Origin: an uncultured Chloroflexia bacterium
Lineage (GTDB): Bacteria > Chloroflexota > Limnocylindria > Limnocylindrales > CSP1-4
DNA: 64,000 nucleotides
Direction of reading: 5' to 3'
NCBI GenBank assembly: GCA_963748625.1
Contig: CAVVJT010000010.1
Coordinates: 32,001-96,000 of the forward strand
This document shows positions 33,686 through 42,700 of this stretch, in pieces. Made by a program: the position numbers and the translations under genes. Under the pieces are notes generated by a model that was not told the DNA's origin, searched no databases, and saw only the letters and a program-made list of their open reading frames with translations. The stretch's first letter is position 1. Each line of letters begins with the position of its first letter.

Positions 33686-34549
33686 TCAGGCGATCCGCTG
33701 GGCCCGGCGGCCCGCATACCGCAGGCCGAGGAGCACGAGGCCCGCCAGCAGGGCGACAAGCGACACCAGGCCGACGACGGGCACCGGCGACGTGGAGGCG
33801 GGATCTGCCGCCTCCTCGTACGGGTCGGCCGCCCGGGCGACCGGCTGCCCGTCCTCGCCAGTGGCACCTTCGGTGGTGCCTTCGGTCGTGCCGTTCGCCC
33901 CGCCTGCAGCACCGGCGACACCGGTCGCGAACGCGGGCTCCCCGGTGGGCTCCGGGACCGACATCGGCATGGCGACCCCCGGATCCTCGGATGCGGCGGC
34001 GGCCGGCACCTCGGCTGGAGCCTGCGACGCGTCGGCGTCGACGGGAGGCAGGCCGACCTTCTCCTGCTCCACGCCGGAGGCCGCGGGCGCCTGCATCGCG
34101 ACCGCTCCCCCGCCCGAGGCCTGGTCGGCCGGCATGGCGGTGGCGCCGCCGAGGGGGATGCCCGAGGCGCCCGCGACGAGGATGCCGGTGAGGCCCAGGG
34201 TGGCGAGGCCGGTGCCCAGAGGCTTGGCGAAGCCGAACGACGGGCCCGCGAACGGGGCGAGGAGGCGGCGCCAGCCGGTGGGCGTGAGCGAGGCCGCCTG
34301 GTCGGGCGTGAGGCGGAAGTCGCGGGGACGCGGGGCGGGCGCGGTGGTGGCGGGCAGGGCGAGCGCGATCGCACGCAGGTCGTGGTGGAGGGCGGCGCAT
34401 GCCTCGCAGGTGGCCACCAGGGCCGAGGCCGCGGTCAGCTCCCCGCCCGTCGCGTCACCCGCGGCGTAGGCGGCGATCGCGAGCGGGTCGTGCGTGGCGT
34501 GGGCGGCGGCGGCGGGCGGCATCGGGTTCGGGGTCAGGGTCGGCATCAC
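33686..34549 (-). CDS. Anti-sigma-like membrane protein, copy 1
   Basis: Overlaps the ECF sigma stop (GTGA); same N-terminal domain and first TM as copy 2, different linker and C-terminal TM. Confidence 0.8.
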   Translation of the reverse strand: MMPTLTPNPMPPAAAAHATHDPLAIAAYAAGDATGGELTAASALVATCEACAALHHDLRAIALALPATTAPAPRPRDFRLTPDQAASLTPTGWRRLLAPFAGPSFGFAKPLGTGLATLGLTGILVAGASGIPLGGATAMPADQASGGGAVAMQAPAASGVEQEKVGLPPVDADASQAPAEVPAAAASEDPGVAMPMSVPEPTGEPAFATGVAGAAGGANGTTEGTTEGATGEDGQPVARAADPYEEAADPASTSPVPVVGLVSLVALLAGLVLLGLRYAGRRAQRIA

Positions 34550-35163
34550 GCGCCCTCGCCCCGGAACAACGAGATCGACCCCTCGAGCCGGTCTCGCAGC
34601 GCAAGCCGCCCACGGTGGATGCGCGACTTCACCGTGCCGAGGGACACTCCGGTCATCTCGGCGATCTCGGCGTAGTCGTAGCCCTCCACGTCGAACAGGA
34701 CGATCGCATGGCGCTGGTCGGCCGTGATGGCCGCGAGGGCCGTGTTGAGGACCCGGGTGCGCTCGCCCTGCATCGCGGTCTGGACAGGGTCCGCGTCCTC
34801 GGGCGCAGGAGGCTGCCAGCTCTCGTCCTCGAATTCGGGGTACGGCTGGGCCGGGCGCCGCTTCTTGTACCGCTGCTGGTCCATGGCCGCGTTGATCGCG
34901 ATCCGGCTCAGCCAGGAGCGGACCGAGCCGCCCCGGAAGGAGCGCATGTTGCGGTAGGCGGAGAAGAACGCCTCCTGGACCGCATCAGCCGCCTGGTCCC
35001 GGTCGGGCACCATGCGCGCGACGAGCGACCAGAGGTGGTCCTGGTAGGCCTCGACCAACTGGTTGAACGCGTCGAGACTGCCGTCCCTGGCCTGCTCGAG
35101 CAGGATCAGGTCACGGCGCTGGATGGGATCGTCAGCGGCGTCCGAGCGCCGGGCGTCCTCCAC
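34546..35163 (-). CDS. ECF-type RNA polymerase sigma factor
   Basis: AFNQLV, DAVQEAFFSAY, SWLSRIAIN (region 2); YAEIAEMTGVSLGTVKSRIHRGR (region 4). Start uncertain (GTG 35163 with GGGAGG RBS; alternative ATG 35214). Confidence 0.93.
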   Translation of the reverse strand: MEDARRSDAADDPIQRRDLILLEQARDGSLDAFNQLVEAYQDHLWSLVARMVPDRDQAADAVQEAFFSAYRNMRSFRGGSVRSWLSRIAINAAMDQQRYKKRRPAQPYPEFEDESWQPPAPEDADPVQTAMQGERTRVLNTALAAITADQRHAIVLFDVEGYDYAEIAEMTGVSLGTVKSRIHRGRLALRDRLEGSISLFRGEGA

Positions 35164-35335
35164 GACGGGCGCAACCCTCCCTGCGGCAATGCTGAGGCGG
35201 GGCGAGTCTAGCATCGGGGTCGCGTCGGCTTCGGTGGGACGGTCGGCACAGGCATCGCGGTCCAGACGCCGGTCCGCGCCTGCCGGTTCCTGCACCGGCC
35301 GGACCGCGGCCGCATGGGCTACGATCAGGCCGCCC

Positions 35336-35421
35336 GGCGAAGTGGCGGAATGGCAGACGCGGCGGTCTCAAACACCGCTTCCCGCAAGGGAGTGTGGGTT
35401 CGAATCCCACCTTCGCTACCA
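35336..35421 (+). tRNA. tRNA-Leu (anticodon CAA)
   Basis: Acceptor ggcgaag/cttcgct + A-CCA; D arm gcggaatggcagacgc; anticodon arm gcggt-ctCAAac-accgc; long variable arm; T arm gtggg-ttcgaat-cccac. Confidence 0.96.
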
Positions 35422-35473
35422 GGTGCTCCCGATCACGTACTTCGACGGTGTCGAAGAGACGGTCGGGCCGACG

Positions 35474-36808
35474 TCATCTGCTCACCCCCGGCGGCGTGGT
35501 GGTGTGGCTCTCCTCGGCGATGCAGTCCAGGAACGCGACGAGCTTCATGAGGTTCGCCGGGTCCTCGTAGAGACGCTGGATCGGGAAGCGCGGCCACCCG
35601 TTGACCTGGCGGTGGTGGACATGGACGCCGTCAAGCTCGTTGAGCAGCTTGCGCAACCGCTCGCGGCCGGGCCTCTCGTCAAACGGCGGGCAGCGCATGC
35701 CGCCAAGCCAGACGACGACCGCGCCATCGGCGTGGATCGAGAGCGACATCTGCGAGCCACGGGGCTCGGCCTGGATATCGACCGGGAACAGGAGCTCTGG
35801 CTCCGCGGTGGTGCCGTTGGTCGGGAAGCGCGTGAGGACCTTGGCGGTCACGCCGGTCTTCGATGCCAGCTCGCGCTCCTTCTGCTCGGCCCAGGACACG
35901 AGCGCCTCCACCACGCCCCGGGCCGCGGGGCCGTGCCGCCGGCCGATCTCGACCGCGAAGGACTCCTCGTCCCAGCAGTGCGGCGTGACCTCCGTTGAGA
36001 GCTCGAGGTCCAGGACGAGCGGCACGTGGTCGGATAGCCCGCCCTCCACGCCCGACGTGTCCACGGTGAGCGCCGTCACCTGCGGGGCCAACGCGGGCGA
36101 CACATAGAGGTGGTCCAGCTCGCTGCGACCCCAGGTCCCGATGTGGCCGCAGCCCTCGTCGCCCTTCCCGCACGAGCAGTCAGCAGCGGGCGTCGGGGGT
36201 GCGGCGACCAGGGTCTTGGCCTCCACGAGGCCGAGCGAGGTCACCGCGGCCAGCAGCGCGTCCGCTCGGGCGAGGTACCTCGCGTCCTTGCTGGACTGGG
36301 TGACGTTGAGGTCCCCGCCCAGGATGACCCGCGCCCCGTCGGGCGAGTCGAACAGCGGCAGCAGGTCGGCGACGATCCGGTGCATCGACGAGAGTGCGGA
36401 CCCCTCGAACACGCCGTACACCGAGACGAAGGTGATGGGCTGGATCCCGGGCACGGTCACGCGCGCGACGGCGGTCGAGCCGGGATGCGCGGCATCAAGC
36501 AGGTAGCGGCGCTTGGACCACGGGTTCCGCACGGACCTGATGGGCTCGATGACGATCGTGTCATCGAGGGTGACCACCGCAGACCCCCAGTTGCGGTGTC
36601 CGGCCAGCTCTCCGTACACAGCCCGTTCGCGAGAAGTGCCGGCTGGAGGCACGGCCTCCTGGACGAGCGCCACCTGGGCGCCGATTCCCTTCTCGAGGTG
36701 GGCCCAGGCACCGTACCGGGTGTCGACCGGCAGCAGCGGCTGGCGCCAGTGGTTCAGGTTCCAGGTCGCGACCCGGAGGGGCGCTATCGACGCTCCTGCA
36801 TTACTCAC
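35474..36808 (-). CDS. Endonuclease/exonuclease/phosphatase (EEP) protein with extra C-terminal domain
   Basis: LRVATWNL, VALVQEA, ILGGDLN, LDHLY, LSDHVPL, followed by a ~165-aa domain starting WDEESF. Confidence 0.85.
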   Translation of the reverse strand: MSNAGASIAPLRVATWNLNHWRQPLLPVDTRYGAWAHLEKGIGAQVALVQEAVPPAGTSRERAVYGELAGHRNWGSAVVTLDDTIVIEPIRSVRNPWSKRRYLLDAAHPGSTAVARVTVPGIQPITFVSVYGVFEGSALSSMHRIVADLLPLFDSPDGARVILGGDLNVTQSSKDARYLARADALLAAVTSLGLVEAKTLVAAPPTPAADCSCGKGDEGCGHIGTWGRSELDHLYVSPALAPQVTALTVDTSGVEGGLSDHVPLVLDLELSTEVTPHCWDEESFAVEIGRRHGPAARGVVEALVSWAEQKERELASKTGVTAKVLTRFPTNGTTAEPELLFPVDIQAEPRGSQMSLSIHADGAVVVWLGGMRCPPFDERPGRERLRKLLNELDGVHVHHRQVNGWPRFPIQRLYEDPANLMKLVAFLDCIAEESHTTTPPGVSR

Positions 36809-36830
36809 ACCTGGATCATCGGTGCGGACT

Positions 36831-36848
36831 GTGACAACAGCCTGTCAC
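36831..36848. promoter_or_regulatory. Palindromic operator-like site upstream of the EEP gene
   Basis: GTGACA-acagcc-TGTCAC, 23 bp upstream of the GTG start. Confidence 0.45.
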
Positions 36849-37000
36849 TCTGAAGGAGTCCGATCGTCAGTCCTCGAACACCGACCCGGCGAGCGAAGGC
36901 CCGCTCTCACCGTCGAGGGGCCGTTCTCCTCTCGCCACAACGGAGACAGGGGCCTACCGTGGCCGCGGGCCGGGTCCGGCGGAGGCCCTGGGAGAGTCCG

Positions 37001-38023
37001 ATGCGCGCACGGCGTCGATGGATTGCGGCGGGGCTGGGGGTCATCCTGTCCCTCGGCGTTCTCGCGTATGCCGGCGTGAGCCATGATGGCTACAACCAGC
37101 TGGCGGCTGTCACCGCCGATTGCGGCGGCCGGTTCCCGGACGACACACCGGCGGCCTTCGGAACCGAGGGCATCGATCCGGCGTTCACGGCGGGCGGCTT
37201 CGACACGAGGCCGTATGCGATGCCTGGCTACGAGGAGGTCGACTTCCCGAGCCGTGACGCGCGCAATCCGCGGCTGACCGTCCGGGCCTCGTGGGTCCCG
37301 GCCGAGGAGGCCGTTTCGCCGGCGGTCATCGTCATCCATGGCCGGAACAGCTGCCGTCACGACCCGGTCGTCCTGCTGCCGGCGGGGATGCTCGCCCGTC
37401 ATGGCTTCTCGGTCCTGATGATGGACCTGCGCGACCACGGCAACTCGGACACCGAGGACGGGCGCTCGGCCTGGGGCTCCGAGGAGTATCTCGACATCCT
37501 CGGGGCGTGGGACTGGCTCCAGTCAGCGCAGGGCCTCGAGGCGAGCCAGATCGGGCTGCTGGGCGAATTGCTCGGGGCATCCTCGGCCATCATCGCGATG
37601 GGCGAGGAGCAGGCGATCGCTGCCACGTGGGCGGACAGCGGCTTCGCCGATCTCGAGGTCCTGTTCGACGAGCGCATCGCCCGGGAAGGCTTCCCGACGT
37701 GGCTTCGTCCGGGCGTGATCGCGTGGGCTAGGATCATCGCGCAGGACGACCTGCTCGCACACCGCCCCCTGGACGAGATCGGGAGGATCGGGGCGAGGCC
37801 GCTGGCGATCGTCCATGGGCTCGCCGATCTCGACCTCGATGTGCACCACGCGGAGGATCTGGCGGCCGCACACGCGGCGTTCGTCCCAGGATACGAGCCC
37901 TGGCTCGTCCCCCGGGCGCTCCACCTCCAGGCCGCGTTCGCCGCACCGGACGAGTACGAGCGACGGATCGTCGAGTTCTTCCGGGCAGGCCTCGGGGCCG
38001 ACAGCGCCACCCGGGGCGGCTGA
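37001..38023 (+). CDS. Membrane-anchored alpha/beta hydrolase, catalytic Ser apparently replaced by Leu
   Basis: VIVIHG, DLRDHGNS, nucleophile elbow reads GELLG instead of GxSLG, DSGF, IVHGLAD, C-terminal His. Confidence 0.85.
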   Translation: MRARRRWIAAGLGVILSLGVLAYAGVSHDGYNQLAAVTADCGGRFPDDTPAAFGTEGIDPAFTAGGFDTRPYAMPGYEEVDFPSRDARNPRLTVRASWVPAEEAVSPAVIVIHGRNSCRHDPVVLLPAGMLARHGFSVLMMDLRDHGNSDTEDGRSAWGSEEYLDILGAWDWLQSAQGLEASQIGLLGELLGASSAIIAMGEEQAIAATWADSGFADLEVLFDERIAREGFPTWLRPGVIAWARIIAQDDLLAHRPLDEIGRIGARPLAIVHGLADLDLDVHHAEDLAAAHAAFVPGYEPWLVPRALHLQAAFAAPDEYERRIVEFFRAGLGADSATRGG

Positions 38024-38031
38024 CCCCGACG

Positions 38032-39015
38032 TCAGGCGGTCGGCGCCGCCCTCCAGGTGTCGTCGAGCCAGCGGGCGCGCGTCATCTCGTTGAACACCAG
38101 GTTCGCGATGAGAGCGGCCTGCCCGGTGCCGGGTCCGGCCATGCCCACCACGTCGGCGGTGAGAAAGGCGACGTGGTTGAGCTCGCCCTCCGGGCCCTTG
38201 AGCCACGCGCCCAGCGAGTGCATGTCCACGGGCTCGAGGAGCTCGCGGCGGTTGAGGTCATTGGCGTACATCGCGAGCGACGCGACGTCCGGGATCTCCG
38301 GAGCCACGAGCATCACGAACAGGCCGTTGCCGAAGCCCGGGTGCTCTGCTGTGTTGAGGACGAGGGTGAACGAGCCGGCGAGGTGCTCGGCAGCCAGGCG
38401 GACCGCGAGCGACTCGCCCTCCGCGCGAGCGGCGATCCCCTGCTCCGTGAGCCTGGCGGCAGCGGCGGCGAAGGCGTCGGGTCCGAGGGGATTCGGCTGC
38501 TGGCCTTTGGCCTGGACAGCGTTGACAACCCCGATCATGTCGTCGGGCTCGGGACGCCGGCCGGAGACTGGGTGGCCGGCCAGGTCGGGCGTGCCGAGCA
38601 TGTCGAACGCGGCGCGCTCGAGGCCGTGGGGCACCGCCACCTGGAGCACGCCGCCCACGGCGAAGATGCCGCGCAGCCAGCGCTCGTTCCCTTCGTGGAA
38701 GCAGGCTGCCGTACCGGTGAAGAAGGCACGCTCATCCGGGTCGAAGACCATCGCGCTGTAGCTCGCCTGGACGTTGGCGCCGAACAGGATCAACTCGATG
38801 GGCGCGTCCTCGGGGGCGCCGCTGGAGATGGGCGTCACCGCGACCAAGCGGGTGATGTCGGCGCCGTAACTGCGTCGCGACGGCGCCGCCGTCACGGTCT
38901 GGCGGAAGGCGTACGGCCACCACGTGAGCGTCCGGTCCTCGCGGACCAGCCACGGCGCATCCATCTGGCAGGTCTCGCGGTACCACTCGAGGAGCTCGGG
39001 TCCGAGGTCGTGCAT
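38032..39015 (-). CDS. Hypothetical protein (327 aa)
   Basis: Natural composition; TAGCCT -10 six nt upstream of the ATG; no family recognised with confidence. Confidence 0.7.
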   Translation of the reverse strand: MHDLGPELLEWYRETCQMDAPWLVREDRTLTWWPYAFRQTVTAAPSRRSYGADITRLVAVTPISSGAPEDAPIELILFGANVQASYSAMVFDPDERAFFTGTAACFHEGNERWLRGIFAVGGVLQVAVPHGLERAAFDMLGTPDLAGHPVSGRRPEPDDMIGVVNAVQAKGQQPNPLGPDAFAAAAARLTEQGIAARAEGESLAVRLAAEHLAGSFTLVLNTAEHPGFGNGLFVMLVAPEIPDVASLAMYANDLNRRELLEPVDMHSLGAWLKGPEGELNHVAFLTADVVGMAGPGTGQAALIANLVFNEMTRARWLDDTWRAAPTA

Positions 39016-39099
39016 GCCGTCAGGCTACCCTCCGGGCGGACAGCCGGTAGACTCGGCCGCCACGCCGTTTCCATCGACCATCCCAGCCGGAGCACCCAG

Positions 39100-39675
39100 A
39101 TGGCTTTCCTCCGCCGCGTCCTCAACCTCGACCAGCCGGACTCGTCCCAGGTGCCGGTCGATCCAGACAAGCCGCTGCCGCCCGCCGACGCTGCGGACAC
39201 CGAGAGTGTCCGGGTGCTGCAGGTCCGTCTCGAGGCCTACCCGCCGGCGCGCGCCCGCTACATCGCGGCCTTCGCGTACCTCCTGGGCCGTGCCGCCAAC
39301 GCCACCGGCGGCATGAGCGACATGGAGCGCGCCGAGATCCTCAAGATCGCCGAGGCGGGCGGGCTGGAGCCTGCGACCGCGCCGATGGTCGTCGATCTTG
39401 CCGCCACCCTGTCGGGCGAGTTCGGGGCGACCGAGGATTTCCTCGTCACGCGCGAGTTCAAGGCCATCTCGACGATGGAGGAGCGCGAACGCCTGCTGCG
39501 CTGCTGCTTCATGGTGATGGCGGCCGATGACGAGATCGACGCGACCGAGTCCTGGCTGGTGAACCGCATGGCCGAGGAGCTCGACGTGGAGCGCCCGGAC
39601 CTCAACGCGATCCGCGCGGAGTTCCACGAGCAGCTCTCGGGCATCAAGGCACTCCGGGCCGAGACCGCAAGCTGA
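39100..39675 (+). CDS. TerB-family (tellurite resistance/DjlA-N-like) protein
   Basis: AFAYLLGRAANA..MSDMER; LLRCCFMVMAADDEIDATE..VNRMAEEL; GGAG RBS before MAFLRRVL. Confidence 0.8.
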   Translation: MAFLRRVLNLDQPDSSQVPVDPDKPLPPADAADTESVRVLQVRLEAYPPARARYIAAFAYLLGRAANATGGMSDMERAEILKIAEAGGLEPATAPMVVDLAATLSGEFGATEDFLVTREFKAISTMEERERLLRCCFMVMAADDEIDATESWLVNRMAEELDVERPDLNAIRAEFHEQLSGIKALRAETAS

Positions 39676-39720
39676 CGGGACCCGGGCCCAAGCGGTGCCG
39701 GGCGGCCGTCCCCTTGCTGC

Positions 39721-42700
39721 TCAGGCGAGCTGGAGCTCAATGACGCCGTCGCCCACGCGGCGGAGCACCTCGGCAATGAGGTCCGAGTCGTAGGCGACGC
39801 CGCGCAACTCCATCGGCAGGGCGGCACCGCCGGGTGCCGGGACGTGGACCACGACACGCGTGGCTCCAGGGTGCTCGCGCAGGACGGACTTGAAAGCGTG
39901 CATCGCGCTGACGACCCGATCGGCGCCTGCCTCGCGGGCGAAGCGGACGTTCAGGACGGCGCCGGGGGCCGCCTCGATCGGGCGTGACGGGGCCTGCGCT
40001 GCGGCCACGGCGCGCGACCGGGCCTCGTCGGGGAGCGACGGCTCCTCGGACGCCTCCGTGCCCGCGACGTCGGCGCTGGCGCTGGCACCCGGGGGCTCCA
40101 CGTAGGTGGGGACGGGCTCGCCCGGGCGCACTGCGGGAAGCGCGGTGCCGTTGCTGCCATTCGAGCCGCTGGCGGATCGGCCATTGCCGTTGAAGCCGCC
40201 CTTCGGGCGCCCGCCGTTGCCCCCGTTCGACCCGCCGGCGTACCCGCCGCCAGGCCCGCCTGGGCCTCGTCGGGGGCGCTTGTCGAGCGAGCCCACCTCG
40301 CGGGCGAACTCCTCCGGTCCGCGCTCCGACACCTGGTCCCAGTCCCACACGGAGTCGGCGAGCAGCGACGCCTCGTCGCCACGGTGGTCCACCCGCCCGG
40401 CGACCAGCAGGATGGAGCCCTCCGACCACATCCCCATCGTCTGCTCGTAGGTCTTGGGGAAGACGACGATCTCGATCGTGCCCTGGAGATCCTCGATGGT
40501 GACGACAGCCATCGTGGACCTGCTCTTCGTGATCACCGTGCGCGAGCCGGTGACGATGCCGCCGAGCACCACGCGCTGGCCGTCGAGCGACTCGTCCTTC
40601 ATGTCGCCCGAGTAGGCGGTCACGTACAGGCCGACCTTCTCCGCCACCTCGCCCATCGGGTGATCGGAGAGGTACAGCCCCATGAGCTCCTTCTCCCAGC
40701 GGAGGCGCTCGCGGACGGGCGTCTCAGGTGTCGCCGGGAGCGGCCTCTCCAGGGCCGCGGCGTCGTCGCCGCCCATGTCGAACAGGGAGAACTGGCCGCT
40801 GATCCGGTCGCGCTGGGCCGCCTGGCCGGCAGCGAGCGCATCGTCGAGCCCCAGGAGCACCTGGGCCGGGTGGCCGAACCCGTTGAGCGCCCCAACCTTC
40901 GCCAGCGACTCGAGGACCTTGCGGTTGGTGAGCCGGATGTCCACGCGGGAGCAGAAGTCCGTGAGGGACCGGAACTCGCCGCCGGCCTCGCGCTGGTCGA
41001 TGATCGACTGGATCGCGCCCTCACCCACGTTCTTCACCGCCAGCAGGCCGAAGCGGATGGCCTCACCTTCGACCGTGAAGCCCAGGTGGCTCTGGTGCAC
41101 GTCCGGGGTCCGCACGTCGATGCCCAGGCGCCGGCACTCGGCGATCGCGGCGGCCACCTTCTCGGCGTTGTCCCGGAACGCGGTGAGCACCGAGGTCATG
41201 TACTCGACGGTGTAGTTCGCCTTGAGGTAGGCAGTCTGGTAGGCGATGAGCCCGTAGCAGGTGGCGTGGGCCTTGTTGAACCCGTACCGCTCGAACGGCT
41301 CGAAGGCCTTGAACACCGCGTCGATCGTCTCGGCCCGGACCCCGCGCTGCGCCGCCCGTTCGACGAAGGTCTCCTTCATCGAGCGCAGCACCGACGACTT
41401 CTTCTTGCGGATCGCGTAGCCGAGCATGTCGGCCTCGGGGCCGGAGAAGCCGCCCAGGGCGACCGCGGCCGACATGATGTCCTCCTGGTAGACGAAGACG
41501 CCGTACGTCCGCTCCAGGAACGGCTCCAGCAGGGGGTGGAGGTACTCGACCTTCTCCTGGCCGAGCTTGCGCCGGATATAGGTGGGGATGTTGTCCATCG
41601 GCCCCGGGCGGTAGAGGGCCACCATCGCCGCGAGGTCGTAGACGGTGGAGGGCTGCAGCTCGCGGATGTAGCGGCGCATCCCCGCCGACTCGAGCTGGAA
41701 CACGCCGGTGGTCTCGCCTGAGGCCAGCAACTGGAAGGTCTTCGGGTCGTCGAGCGGGATCCGGTCGAGGTCCACGAAGACGCCCCGGTGCTCCCCGATG
41801 AGCTCCACGGCCTTGCGCAGGATCGTGAGGTTCGACAGGCCCAGGAAGTCGAACTTGAGCAGGCCCAGCGCCTCGATGGCGTGCATCTCGTACTGGGTCA
41901 TGAGCGCGTCGGAGTTGGTCGCCTTCTGGAGCGGCATCAGCTCGGTGAGGGGCTCGCGCGAGATCACGACACCCGCGGCGTGGGTGGACGCGTTCCGGGC
42001 GACACCCTCGAGCTGCTGTGCGAACCCGATCAGCTTGTTGACCTGGGGGTCCGCGTCGTACATCTCCCGCAGCGTCGGGCTGGTCTCCAGCGCCTCGGAG
42101 AGCTTGATGCCCAGCTGGTTGGGGACAGCCTTCGCGATCTTGTCCACGTCGCCGTAGCCCATGCCCATCACCCGTCCGACGTCGCGGATGGCCGCGCGGG
42201 CGAGCATCGTGCCGAAGGTGATGATCTGGGCGACGTGGTCCTGGCCGTACTTGCGGCTGACGTAGTTGATGACCTCGTCGCGGCGCTCGTCCTCGAAGTC
42301 GATGTCGATATCGGGCATCGTCACGCGGTCCGGGTTGAGGAACCGCTCGAACGGGAGGCCGTAGTGGAGCGGGTCCACCGGCGTGATGCCCAGGGTGTAG
42401 GTCACGATCGAACCCGGCGCCGAGCCTCGGCAGGAGGTGGCGATTCCCTGGCTCCGGGCGTAGTTCACGAAGTCGGCCACGATGAGGAAGTACCCCGCAT
42501 ACCCCATCGAGATGATGACGCCCAGCTCGTAGTCCAGGCGTTCCCGAAGGGCCGGGGTGATCTCGCCGTAGCGGCGGACCAGGCCCTGCTCGCACTCCTT
42601 GCGCAGCCAGGACTCGACGGTCTCGCCATCGGGCACCGGGAAGTGCGGGATGCGCAGCTCGCCCAGGGGGAGCTTGAGATCGACCATCTCGGCCACGAGC

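Noticed and set aside
35400-39720. Integrated prophage or ICE at tRNA-Leu
   Set aside because: No integrase, phage or conjugation genes, and no att duplication seen by eye.
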